From a virus (Duplodnaviria; Caudoviricetes): a stretch of DNA of 43,448 nucleotides. Of this stretch, positions 19,123 through 28,332 are shown piece after piece (position 1 is the stretch's first letter; each line of letters begins with the position of its first letter). The notes under the pieces were generated by a model that was not told where the DNA came from, searched no databases, and was given only the letters and a program-made list of their open reading frames with translations. Made by a program: the position numbers and the translations under genes. The DNA lies in the IMG/VR virus record IMGVR_UViG_3300048578_000454, positions 1 through 43,448 of that record. The stretch is one strand, 5' to 3'.

Positions 19123-19877
19123 TTCAGCCCCTGCTGTTGGAGGTAAAAATCAGCCTCATGGGCAAGGTTTTTCTGAAACTTTTCGTCGCAAAAATCTTCT
19201 ATGTATTCGATGTTTTCTTCGCTACTTAATAGCTTTATAGGGGTGGGCCCATATAGCTCTTCGATACGCCTGTTATCAGCAAGGGTTCTGCCCCTTGCTC
19301 CCTCTGCCGTTCCAGAAAGTGCCCAGTTGCGCAACGTTTTAACCGACATTCCTAACGCTTTTGCGGCGGCTGTGGCAGACCCCAGACTGCGGCGCAGAGC
19401 GAGGGCGCGGCTCTTTTGCTCCGGGGTGAATCTTTGTTTTTTTGATCTATTTACCCGTTCAAAAGCCCCGATGTGCCCTGATGTCATTTTTGCCAGAAAT
19501 GCGCCTTTAACTATCCGCTTTCCTCGATCCTTTCTGATGAGCACCGAAATTCCACCAGCTGGAGAGTAGGCGCCCGCTTTTGTCCGTCTTGTTGACGGCA
19601 CTTTTTTTGTACGAGCAAACTTAATCAAGGGGATGCCTGGAGAACTTTCTCCAAAAATTTTCCCCTCCAATTTATTGGGTTTAGCCATGCTGATATTGAG
19701 AGCAGCGCGAATATCCCCGGCTTTAATGGCATATTTTTGCCGGATCAAACGAACCATCTCGGCGCGAGTTGTCGTCAGGGTCTTATTGACAGCTCGACTA
19801 GTAGCCCGTTCTATCCCTTTGGGAACATCGGAGAGCATTTTGGTTATATCCCGCGTGTCTGCGTATATCTCAATCAC
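19119..19877 (-). CDS. Lambda gpZ-like tail completion protein with inserted HTH
   Basis: RAVNKT, AFLAKMTSGHIGAFER and IEELYGP motifs; insert at about aa 144-203. Confidence 0.8.
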   Translation of the reverse strand: MIEIYADTRDITKMLSDVPKGIERATSRAVNKTLTTTRAEMVRLIRQKYAIKAGDIRAALNISMAKPNKLEGKIFGESSPGIPLIKFARTKKVPSTRRTKAGAYSPAGGISVLIRKDRGKRIVKGAFLAKMTSGHIGAFERVNRSKKQRFTPEQKSRALALRRSLGSATAAAKALGMSVKTLRNWALSGTAEGARGRTLADNRRIEELYGPTPIKLLSSEENIEYIEDFCDEKFQKNLAHEADFYLQQQGLK

Positions 19878-20179
19878 GTCCGATACCTCATCACCTGCAG
19901 CACCACCACGTCCCCAGGGGGGCAGGACTCCACCATCCAGCGGCCGCCTTCAATCTGCAGCTCCTGGCCGGTTACCGGGGAAAAGCCCAGGTCGGCGCGG
20001 AGCAGATAGAAGGTTTGCCGCTCGGCCAACAGCCCCTCCGCGTCCGCCGGGAGCAGAGCAGGAAGATCCCGGATGACGCGGGGGGTTGCCGAACCTATCG
20101 CGATTTGCTCGGCCGGCCCATTGGGGTCGGCGAGGATCGCGGCGAGGTCGAGCAGCTGTTGAGCGCGAAGGGTGGGCAT
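19874..20179 (-). CDS. Head-tail joining protein
   Basis: 101 aa; PVTGQELQIEGGRWMV motif; position. Confidence 0.7.
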   Translation of the reverse strand: MPTLRAQQLLDLAAILADPNGPAEQIAIGSATPRVIRDLPALLPADAEGLLAERQTFYLLRADLGFSPVTGQELQIEGGRWMVESCPPGDVVVLQVMRYRT

Positions 20180-20226
20180 AAGGGCAGCCTGTTAGCCTGT
20201 AGTGGTTGAGCGGTTTAGCGAATTGC

Positions 20227-20556
20227 TTACGCGTTCAGCAGCACCTGCACCGTGGTGTCGGCGCTGGCTGCAGAGGCGTAGGCCTTGCCGCAGGGGATGT
20301 TGGTGTTGGTTTTGTCGACGTTGTCGTTGGTGGCGTCCCAGTACACCTGGTCGCCCTGGGTGATTACCAGCGGGGCTTCTTTCGCCAGCTCCCACACCTC
20401 GCAGACTGCCAGCTCTCCCTGGTCGCCGGCGGCAATGTCGCCCAGCGACACGCCCACCATGCCGGTGAACTCGACAACGGTCCCCGAGGTGATGGTGGTT
20501 GACCCACCGTTGGTGTATGGCATGGTTTTGCCTTCGCGAATATGTCCTGTTGCCAT
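20227..20556 (-). CDS. Capsid decoration/cement protein, DUF2190-like
   Basis: ITSGTVV...GVSLGDIAAG...GDQVYWD...VQVLLN pattern. Confidence 0.85.
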   Translation of the reverse strand: MATGHIREGKTMPYTNGGSTTITSGTVVEFTGMVGVSLGDIAAGDQGELAVCEVWELAKEAPLVITQGDQVYWDATNDNVDKTNTNIPCGKAYASAASADTTVQVLLNA

Positions 20557-20616
20557 TATGTGCTCCTGTTACATGCCGGGAGGGCTAGGCCCACCCGGCG
20601 GGTTTATTGATGAGGA

Positions 20617-22146
20617 TCAAGCTCCTGGGTTGCGGTGCGCACCCCGGAAGTCGGCAATGCCAGCGCCAAAACAATGCCTGACCTTGTAAATGATGCCGTC
20701 GGAGTTGAAATCAGGCATTTCGTCTACAAAGGGCTGCTCCATTCCTTCCAGCCAAGACGCCTCGATAAACGGCACTTGGTTGGGATGAGCAATCAGGTAC
20801 CAGGCGGTCAAGCTGACGGCGTCGAGGTGCGGATCGGCGATGGGGGTCAATTTGCCCAGCCACTGCGGCTGGGCCACCCCGGCCGAATAATCCTTCTCCG
20901 GGTAGGATGCCGAGCGCAGCAATACATCGGAGGCGGTCTCCAGGCCAACGGGCGTCAACAGGTAGGCGGGCTGTATATCGATATGTTCGCCGGCAAGTCC
21001 GGTTTGCATGCGCATGGCCGAGCGGCCTTTATCCAGGCTGTCCACCGCAAGTGCAGCGGCTGCGGAGAGGTTGGCGTGGTCGGCGTGGAAAAGGGCAACG
21101 CCGTCGCTCATGCTGCCGTTGGCGGTGAGCAGCGAGTAGACCGCATCCCCCTCCAGCCTTCTGGCGGCAGCTCCAAACAGCCGGGGAATGCGGCTGAGGG
21201 CGCGGAGATTGTCGTTAATGATCATCTCAAACGTAAACGGCACGCGGACACCCTTGCGCACGATCCGGTAGGCTTCGCCAGCATCGCTAAATTGCGCGGT
21301 CTGGTACTCGCCATTCTCATTCATTCCCTTGAGGTCTGGTGCGGCCGACAAGCTGACCGCGTGCATCTCGCGGAAATCGTTTGCCGTACCGGTGGCCACC
21401 CAGGATCTCCAGGTTGCCGGCCACTCGTTGTAGGCGTCCAGCAGCGTGGTGTTCATCAACCCACCAAAAATATGGGGGAGATCGGAGGTGGACATGGAGC
21501 TGATTGCCCGCGTCAACATCTCGCGGTTACTCATGCCACGGAACTGCTGGCCCGCAGCCATGGAAACCTCGCGGACAATCTCCACCAAGGTGCGGCCGCG
21601 AAACTCGGTGGCCCCGGCGGCAGGGTTCTCGACGCGATGCCCGCAGCGCAGGCGCAAACCATCTGATACAGCGGCGCGCAACTTGTCCCGTCCCTCCATC
21701 CCAACCTGGGCGGGCAAGCCGGCCCCAACGCCCAAAGGGCGGTTGGTGGCGCGCATGTGGGTGAGGGCGGCGGCGCGGGCGGCGTCCACCGTGGAACCGG
21801 ACAGCACCAGGGAGCGGATTGACTGGGGATCCATGCCGGCGTAGGTGCAGACGTCCTCGATGTCGGCTGCGCGCTGGCGGTCGGCGGCAATGGCGGCGGC
21901 GATCTGGGCAGGGTCCATGGCCGGTTGGGCGGTGGCGGCAGCCGGTGCAGCTGCACGTTGCTCGCCTGCAGCGGGAGCGGCAACCGGGGCAACTGGGGTT
22001 GTAGGTGCGGCCACATCCGCCCGCTCCGGCCCGACATAGGAGATGCCGCCGGCCTGGATTTGTTTGTGATACTCCCACGCCTCGACTTCTGTTGCGTCGG
22101 CGCGGAGCCCATTTTTCTCTAGAAATGCTCTGAGTTTGGGATGCAT
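20617..22146 (-). CDS. Major capsid protein with N-terminal scaffold-like region
   Basis: STSDLPHI, ENGEY, MIINDNL, KVRHCFGA motifs; Ala/Pro-rich N-terminus. Confidence 0.92.
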   Translation of the reverse strand: MHPKLRAFLEKNGLRADATEVEAWEYHKQIQAGGISYVGPERADVAAPTTPVAPVAAPAAGEQRAAAPAAATAQPAMDPAQIAAAIAADRQRAADIEDVCTYAGMDPQSIRSLVLSGSTVDAARAAALTHMRATNRPLGVGAGLPAQVGMEGRDKLRAAVSDGLRLRCGHRVENPAAGATEFRGRTLVEIVREVSMAAGQQFRGMSNREMLTRAISSMSTSDLPHIFGGLMNTTLLDAYNEWPATWRSWVATGTANDFREMHAVSLSAAPDLKGMNENGEYQTAQFSDAGEAYRIVRKGVRVPFTFEMIINDNLRALSRIPRLFGAAARRLEGDAVYSLLTANGSMSDGVALFHADHANLSAAAALAVDSLDKGRSAMRMQTGLAGEHIDIQPAYLLTPVGLETASDVLLRSASYPEKDYSAGVAQPQWLGKLTPIADPHLDAVSLTAWYLIAHPNQVPFIEASWLEGMEQPFVDEMPDFNSDGIIYKVRHCFGAGIADFRGAHRNPGA

Positions 22147-22182
22147 TATACCTCTCCCGTTGAGATTGCCAGGCCGGTGTGA

Positions 22183-22857
22183 TTACCGATTCCTGGGAGT
22201 GGCCAGCCGGCCCCCGGCAACGCAGAGACTGCGCACTTTTGCCAGGGTGTCCGCGCCGATTGGCGTGATCGAAAATTCTTTGAGGCTCCATTCGTGGCTG
22301 ACCTTGAGCGGCCCGCGAAACATCCGGCCCCTGATGGCAACCTCGGTCCCCTCTGGGATCCAGATTGACTTGTTTACCAGATAGCCGACCGATCCGTCGG
22401 TGATGTGGCCATCCAGCACCTTCTGGGCGGTGCGCTGCGATTTTTCATCCGCCGCGAATCGCACGGCGCCGTCGATGGCCGTAAATCCACCGGCCACGAG
22501 ATTGGAAAAATCACGCACGCTGCCGATGTGATCGTCCACCGAGCTGCGGTTGTGGGAGTCCAGCAGCGGCACCTGGCGGGATGCGGGCAGAATCAGGCCG
22601 TCCATGAGCAGGACCTCATCGACAAAGTCGTACTGATCCCAATCAAACACTGTGGCCGGCTGTTCGGTGGTCAGAATCCAGCGAAAATCACCGTTGTCGT
22701 CCAGCGCGGCGCGTTGCCCAGGAGTGGCCAATCGGGGGGATGGAGCGAGCAAAGCGGAGCGGACCATGGCGCCAGGAGCAACCCCGGCTGAGGCAAAGGC
22801 GGCGCGGATGGAGTCGAGCAGGCCAGGGGCGATGGGGGGGCGATCAGTTGGCGCCAT
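22183..22857 (-). CDS. Prohead maturation protease
   Basis: VPLLDSH, DGSVGY and EFSITPIGAD motifs. Confidence 0.88.
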   Translation of the reverse strand: MAPTDRPPIAPGLLDSIRAAFASAGVAPGAMVRSALLAPSPRLATPGQRAALDDNGDFRWILTTEQPATVFDWDQYDFVDEVLLMDGLILPASRQVPLLDSHNRSSVDDHIGSVRDFSNLVAGGFTAIDGAVRFAADEKSQRTAQKVLDGHITDGSVGYLVNKSIWIPEGTEVAIRGRMFRGPLKVSHEWSLKEFSITPIGADTLAKVRSLCVAGGRLATPRNR

Positions 22858-24397
22858 TTGCGTCTCCAGCAGGGTTTGCGGCAGGGGGCGGCCCGGCCAG
22901 CAGCAGATTGTTTTTGGCGCGCAGGGCGTAGAGTTCGGCCAACAGGGTTTCCTCTTCGATCAACTCGCGCAGGTTTTCATCCCAGTCTATCCCCTGCGGC
23001 GCGGACTCGCGGCGACGGGTCGACATGGCTTCGGCAACCTTGAGCTTGCTGGCCTGGCCGTCTTTGAGCGGATCAACCCAACTCCAACCAGGATTCTGCG
23101 GCGCTACCGCCTCCAGATACGGCCACGGGTTAAAGCGAAAATCAGGCATAGCCGTCGGGTTCATCCCGGATAACCAAGCCGACTCGATGAACCAGGCGTT
23201 GACGCCAAGGCACAGCTCCTCGTCGAGAAACTGCTGCATGCCCTGGTAGCTGAGGCGCTCTTCCAACGCACCCGAGCGCGTCGAGCTGTACGAGGCGTCG
23301 GTGTAGTCGTTGGCAAAGGCCTCGTAGCTCAGGCCCAGGCCGGTGGACTGGGTGCGGCGACTCTCTTTGACGTAGGGTTCGTATTGGTTGCCGGGGCGGT
23401 TATGCTCGGCGATTTTGATCTCGGTTCCGTAGGGCACCGATTGGATGCGGCCCGGCTCGATATAGTCCGGCATGTTGTCCCAGGTGGTCGGCCATCCGGC
23501 CTCGGTCTGCTGGCCGGGGGCTTGCTGCAGGCCAATGCCGGGATGGCCGACGTCCGGGAAATTTGATTGGATGAAAATGCCGAAGGCGGCGGCCAGCTTG
23601 GCCCCGATCCGCTCGTAGGCGCGATAGTCTTCCAGGTCGAACGACTCCATAACCACGGCAGCCAGCCAGGACACGCCGCTGGTCTGGCTGATGCGCTCCT
23701 GGTCGTAGACGTCGATAATATCGCTGGCGGGGATGCGCTCGGAACGCAACGAGACCCGGCCGGCCTGATAATCGCCGGGATGATGGCGGAACAGGTGGTA
23801 GGCCACGCAGCGGCCGTTTTCATCGTACTCTTTCCCCTGCCGGGCAATGTTGCCGTTGGCCAGGTCGCCGTCTATCAGAAGGTCGAGGTGATCCCGCTCG
23901 ATCATCTCCAGCCGGAGGGGCGGGATGCCGGGGATGGAATCATCATAGGTGCGGTGGATCAGGATCTCGCCGTCGGCCCACATCTGCGACAGGGTGAGGC
24001 GCTGGATCTTCCAGTAGGTTTTTTTGCGGGTGATGTCGGCGTATCGGGCCCAGCGGGTAAACAACTGCTCCCAGGCGCGGTTGCCGGAGGAATCGAGGCC
24101 GCCTGTGCGGGTGCGGAACTGGAACTGCGGCCGGATGCCGGTGCGGACCGCGTTGTTGGTGATCCGCTTGATAGCCCCGGAGATGGAGGGGTTGTTTTTT
24201 GCCTGGTCGCGGCAGCGGCCGATGATGGTTTTGATGCCGCGCTTGATGTCGGCGTCGGCGGATCGCGGGCGAGGACGGAAGTTTTGGTTGGCTCCGGACA
24301 GCTCGCCGGCGACATAGGTGCGATAGTTGGCCAAGGCCAAGCGCTGGCGGGCAGGGTTGCCCAAGCTGTCCAGGATAACGGGGGCGGTGGCGGACAT
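22844..24397 (-). CDS. Portal protein, lambda family
   Basis: RCRDQAKNN, YSSTRSG and WVDPLKD motifs. Confidence 0.95.
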   Translation of the reverse strand: MSATAPVILDSLGNPARQRLALANYRTYVAGELSGANQNFRPRPRSADADIKRGIKTIIGRCRDQAKNNPSISGAIKRITNNAVRTGIRPQFQFRTRTGGLDSSGNRAWEQLFTRWARYADITRKKTYWKIQRLTLSQMWADGEILIHRTYDDSIPGIPPLRLEMIERDHLDLLIDGDLANGNIARQGKEYDENGRCVAYHLFRHHPGDYQAGRVSLRSERIPASDIIDVYDQERISQTSGVSWLAAVVMESFDLEDYRAYERIGAKLAAAFGIFIQSNFPDVGHPGIGLQQAPGQQTEAGWPTTWDNMPDYIEPGRIQSVPYGTEIKIAEHNRPGNQYEPYVKESRRTQSTGLGLSYEAFANDYTDASYSSTRSGALEERLSYQGMQQFLDEELCLGVNAWFIESAWLSGMNPTAMPDFRFNPWPYLEAVAPQNPGWSWVDPLKDGQASKLKVAEAMSTRRRESAPQGIDWDENLRELIEEETLLAELYALRAKNNLLLAGPPPAANPAGDANGAN

Positions 24398-24621
24398 TAA
24401 CGCCGGCCTCCGAACACGGCCTGGGCGTGGCTGAGGCGACCCGAGGCGGAGAGCTGGGCAATCTGCTGCTCCAGGCTGCGGATCATAGATTGGATTTGCC
24501 CCAGGTTGGCGCGGGTGTAGCTTTGACTGCCGATGGTGTAGCTTTGGTGGCCGGTGAGGATGGCGGTCTCGGCGGTGCGGTAGTTTGTCAGGCGCTCTTG
24601 CAGATCGGTGAGTTGGGACAT
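24397..24621 (-). CDS. Head completion protein, gpW-position
   Basis: AETAILTGHQSYTIGSQSYTRANL motif; start ATG 24621 with GAGGA SD. Confidence 0.85.
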   Translation of the reverse strand: MSQLTDLQERLTNYRTAETAILTGHQSYTIGSQSYTRANLGQIQSMIRSLEQQIAQLSASGRLSHAQAVFGGRR

Positions 24622-24692
24622 GGATCCTCGCAAATCGTTGTTGATCGATTGCAAGGAAAATACGCGGTAAAATTGGAGAAAAAAAGGGGGCG

Positions 24693-24726
24693 AGTACTAC
24701 CGGTAGTACTGTACTACCGGTAGTAC
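24693..24726. promoter_or_regulatory. Tandem perfect palindromes, putative late-activator binding sites
   Basis: AGTACTACCGGTAGTACT (24693-24710) and GTACTACCGGTAGTAC (24711-24726), upstream of the head operon. Confidence 0.7.
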
Positions 24727-24824
24727 CACACGCTTTGCACTGGCATGGGGATTGCTATTTTATACGGGGATGGGCGGGTGATGTTGGCGGGGTGATGGGG
24801 TGGTGCAAATGGTGTGGTTGGCGG

Positions 24825-25511
24825 TTATTCCGGCGGATGCAACTGAATGTAGCGGATAAAGGCCCCCATCATCTTGGTAGGTTGCCGCTCCCCGTTGACG
24901 ATCCGGTTGACTGCCTGACGGGTCATTCCCATGTGCCCCCCCAGATCGGTTTGCGAAAGGCCCAATTCCTGGAGCACCGCCGCAAACTCGGCGGATGTTT
25001 CCACCGGTTCCGTGGGTGGAGGCTGTTCTGCGGCTGGGGGGAGTTGCCCTTCGATCAGTCCCCAGCGGGTGCGGACGTCAATCAGCATCCGCTCGCGGAC
25101 GTTTTGAAGTTGATCCTCAAGGACGGTGAGTTTGTCCAGTTCTTCGTCGTCGCGGGCGCGGCCGCGCATGGCGCTGACCAGCTCCAGGCAGGAGAGCAAT
25201 TCATTCCCGCCTGGGCATTCGGCGCGAATGGCCCGGTTGTAGAGGGCTTTGGTTTTGAGGGATTTGCCGTAGTGGGCGCGCATGTCGTCTTTGCTCACGA
25301 TGGTTCCTGGCTCCAGGTAAAAGGCACGATCTTTGTGGTTATACACCAACTTGCTGCCGTAAAACTCCCGCAAATAGCGGATGTCCCGCAGCGCGGTGCG
25401 CACGTCGCACCCATGCTCGGCAATGATAATGGTGGAGTTCAAGGCCCAACCAAGAGCGAGGCGGGCTCGCTCCCAGTCGATGCGGATGGTTGTTTTGTAG
25501 GAATTTGTCAC
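24825..25511 (-). CDS. Dual-HTH regulator (HTH_11-like N-terminus, XRE HTH C-terminus)
   Basis: RTALRDIRYLRE...LVYN...FY at the N-terminus; LGLSQTDLGGHMGMTRQAVNRIVNGERQP at the C-terminus. Confidence 0.75.
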   Translation of the reverse strand: MTNSYKTTIRIDWERARLALGWALNSTIIIAEHGCDVRTALRDIRYLREFYGSKLVYNHKDRAFYLEPGTIVSKDDMRAHYGKSLKTKALYNRAIRAECPGGNELLSCLELVSAMRGRARDDEELDKLTVLEDQLQNVRERMLIDVRTRWGLIEGQLPPAAEQPPPTEPVETSAEFAAVLQELGLSQTDLGGHMGMTRQAVNRIVNGERQPTKMMGAFIRYIQLHPPE

Positions 25512-25735
25512 TTTTTAATTTCTACAGAGATCGGCAAGTTAACATCATGTCCTTTGGTAAAAAATTCACCCCAAACCTTGCCACGAGTATCAGCATCTAT
25601 CATCCGCACTACGAAATCAAAAATCAATTCCCTGCCAAATACTTTTCGGTTGGCGAGTTTTTGAGCAGCCTCTTCGCAAGAGTTTGCGTTGTAGGTATAT
25701 TCCTTGCCATTATATTTCACTGTGTACTTTTCCAT
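25508..25735 (-). CDS. Hypothetical moron protein
   Basis: AT-rich 75-aa ORF from ATG 25735 with AAGGGAG SD. Confidence 0.7.
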   Translation of the reverse strand: MEKYTVKYNGKEYTYNANSCEEAAQKLANRKVFGRELIFDFVVRMIDADTRGKVWGEFFTKGHDVNLPISVEIKK

Positions 25736-25890
25736 GATCTGCTCCCTTACTGTTCTTTCCACCCTCACCGCGGGGGTGAGGTTTGGAGCTTTATTGCTCC
25801 CTTGATGTGATTAAATAGTACTCCATTGGGTAACAAATAACACCAAAAAAATGCAGGTGGGAAAGAAAAAAATGCGGGGCAAAATCGATG

Positions 25891-26127
25891 TCAGCGGTCA
25901 GTTTCCACCGACTTGATGGTTTGATTGATCCCGGCCAGGAGGCAGGAGGGATTGAGGCAGCGATGGTAGCGCACCCGGGTGTTGTGGTCCCACGGCCTGG
26001 TGGCGGTAATCTTGGCCGGCTTGCCGCAGCAGGGGCAGATGGCGCCGGTACGGGGGCGATAATCCACCCCGGATTCTGCGGTGGATTTGAGCAGGGCGAG
26101 GTGGGCGGTAACGGCTGGGCTCGGCAT
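25891..26127 (-). CDS. Ogr/Delta-like zinc-finger transcription activator
   Basis: CPCCGKPAKITATR...RYHRCLNPSC; start ATG 26127. Confidence 0.8.
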   Translation of the reverse strand: MPSPAVTAHLALLKSTAESGVDYRPRTGAICPCCGKPAKITATRPWDHNTRVRYHRCLNPSCLLAGINQTIKSVETDR

Positions 26128-26131
26128 CTCT

Positions 26132-28129
26132 CTATCTCCCATACAGCACCCGCCCGCCGGTGAAGGGGTTGGCGGTGGCTGGTGTTTTTGGTTTTTGTTT
26201 GGCCGCTGCGGGTTGGCGCTGGCGGAACTTGAGCTGGAGGATGTCGGCGGCGATGTCCGACATGTAGAGGCTGTCCCAATAATGCTCCGGTTTTTTTCCG
26301 GGATTCTGCCACAGGCCGCGTTCGTCCACCACCTCTGCGCAGAGGTGGGCGGCGATTTCCTCGGTGGTTTCGGCGTGGAGGTGGAGGGCGCCCGGATCGT
26401 CGGCCTTGACCGCCAGCTTGGCGGCCGCCAAATCCTTGTAGTAATGGCTGTCGCAGGTGTAGAGCACCACCCCGCCGGGGATTTTTTTTGAGGTCCCAGG
26501 GTAGGTGTCAATCACGGTTTTGCTGTAGGGCTTTGGCCGGCGTCCGGTGGCGCCCTTGTAGGGCACGGCCCGACCAGGATGGCGGAGGCAGAAATCATAG
26601 ACCTCGCTGGTGCGGTGGCCCATGGCATCCTTGACCATCAATTGCACCGGGTAGACGTTGCCGTCGGCGTCCTGGTAGTCGGTCTCAAACACCACCTTGG
26701 CCAGGGCTGACTCGGTCTCGACAAAGCCGGCCCGGATCAACCATTGATCGGCTCCCAACCCCCAGCCCACCGCCTTGATCCAGTAATAGTGGCCGTTGTC
26801 CTGGGTGTCGGACCCGCAGACCAAACCGGCCACCACATCCCCGGAGGGCACCAGCCCCTCTGGCCGGTCGTCGCGCAGGGCAAGGATCACGTCTTCCTTG
26901 CGCTGCTTTTTGTGGTGGGTGTACTCGTTGGCCTCGATCTGGGTGACAAAATAGATCATGGCCGCCTCATCCTTGAGGCCCTTCAAAAACGCGGCGGCGC
27001 ACTTGGCCAGCTCGTTGAGCGGCGAGATCCAGGCCGGCGAGTGAAAGCCCACCTTGGCCGGACGATGGCGGCGGAGATAGTCGGTGCGCTCCAGGCCAAC
27101 CGGCTGCCCACGCCACTCTTGCTGGCGCTGCAGCCGCTCTACAGCGGCGTCGTCGCGGGCAAACCACAAGCCGGAGCGCACTGCCTGGTCGCGCATCCGA
27201 TCATCCCAGGCAGACCCGCAAAACCCGCAGATATATCGGGCATGGCGGCCGGCCAGCATCTCCTGGGGATCGCGGCAGCCGTCGAAATCGATCCGGTGGA
27301 ACTCCATCCGCTGCAGCTGTCCGCAGTCCGGGCAGCGGGCGTGGTAATCAAAAATGACGTCCATCTCCCGCAGCTTGCGGACGATGCGCGACGGGGTGGC
27401 GGTGGGGGTGGAGTTCCATATTTTGAGGCTGCCGAAGCGGTCAAAGGCGGTGGTGCGCTCGCTGACCAGGTCCTCAAACGTGGCCTCTTTTTTTGACGGG
27501 TACTCCTGGCACTTGTCCAGCTCATCAATCAGCAGATAGCGGACGCTGACGTTGCCGAGGGTGGTGACGCTGCCCGACCAGCCCATGTAGATAAGCATGG
27601 TTTGCAGCTTGACCCGCACCGAGGCGAGATCGTCGGCCACCCCGGTGAGTAGCCGCCGCAGCCGGGGCGAGCTGGTGAACATGGGGGTGAGGTAGTCCTT
27701 GCAGCGCTTGGAGGCGGTTTCGCGATCCGGGTAGACAATCAGGGAGTCTGCCGGGGCAACGTCGGCCCGGTTGCCCAGAAAGGTTTCCCAGTTGGCCGAG
27801 CCGCCGGTCTGCGGGGCTTTGCAGTTGGTCACTTCCTGCACGCAGGCCTCGGCGGCGGTGTCCATGATCCCGTTCATGTGCGGCATAAAATCGGGATCGT
27901 AGTAGCTGCCCTTAAGCGGCCCGTAGGTGATTTTGCGATACTTGGGCGCCCACTCGGACGGCGGTTGACGCTTCTTTTTGCGATACAGCCGCCGCTCGCC
28001 GCTGCCGGTGCGGAAGCGGATTTTCAGCCGCTCGGTCCGCTGCTGGAAACGCTCCGGCAGCCAAGCCACATCGGCGCGAATGCGCACGGTGTGGCTGGAG
28101 GCGGTGAGATGGACGGCTGGAACGGTCAT
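26132..28129 (-). CDS. terL: Terminase large subunit, lambda gpA family
   Basis: KAPQTGGS P-loop region, LLIDELD Walker B, STPT, CPDC/CGFC, GSDTQ nuclease motif, EHYWD; start 28129 by ATGA overlap. Confidence 0.95.
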   Translation of the reverse strand: MTVPAVHLTASSHTVRIRADVAWLPERFQQRTERLKIRFRTGSGERRLYRKKKRQPPSEWAPKYRKITYGPLKGSYYDPDFMPHMNGIMDTAAEACVQEVTNCKAPQTGGSANWETFLGNRADVAPADSLIVYPDRETASKRCKDYLTPMFTSSPRLRRLLTGVADDLASVRVKLQTMLIYMGWSGSVTTLGNVSVRYLLIDELDKCQEYPSKKEATFEDLVSERTTAFDRFGSLKIWNSTPTATPSRIVRKLREMDVIFDYHARCPDCGQLQRMEFHRIDFDGCRDPQEMLAGRHARYICGFCGSAWDDRMRDQAVRSGLWFARDDAAVERLQRQQEWRGQPVGLERTDYLRRHRPAKVGFHSPAWISPLNELAKCAAAFLKGLKDEAAMIYFVTQIEANEYTHHKKQRKEDVILALRDDRPEGLVPSGDVVAGLVCGSDTQDNGHYYWIKAVGWGLGADQWLIRAGFVETESALAKVVFETDYQDADGNVYPVQLMVKDAMGHRTSEVYDFCLRHPGRAVPYKGATGRRPKPYSKTVIDTYPGTSKKIPGGVVLYTCDSHYYKDLAAAKLAVKADDPGALHLHAETTEEIAAHLCAEVVDERGLWQNPGKKPEHYWDSLYMSDIAADILQLKFRQRQPAAAKQKPKTPATANPFTGGRVLYGR

Positions 28130-28332
28130 TCGGATTCGGTTGGGGGTAATGGGCTTGCTGTTGGCTGCGCTTCGGCAATTTTTCTCGGCCATGGCGAGCT
28201 GCCTTGCACCCGCGTAACCTTGGCCAGCATCCGGGCGCGGGCTTTGATGCCTGGCATGTAGTCGCGGCCTACCGGCGATCCGCCCAGCAGGCCCGCGCGG
28301 ATTCCGTCGACCGGCAGGGCGAGCTTAATCAT
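28126..28332 (-). CDS. Hypothetical protein
   Basis: 68 aa, overlapping both neighbours. Confidence 0.5.
   Translation of the reverse strand: MIKLALPVDGIRAGLLGGSPVGRDYMPGIKARARMLAKVTRVQGSSPWPRKIAEAQPTASPLPPTESE

Noticed and set aside
24693-24726. CRISPR array
   Set aside because: Only two abutting 16-bp units with no spacers and no cas genes.
24824-24830. GTTATTC at the moron stop as a cassette core
   Set aside because: No matching R'' or paired L boxes found at the other end of the moron.
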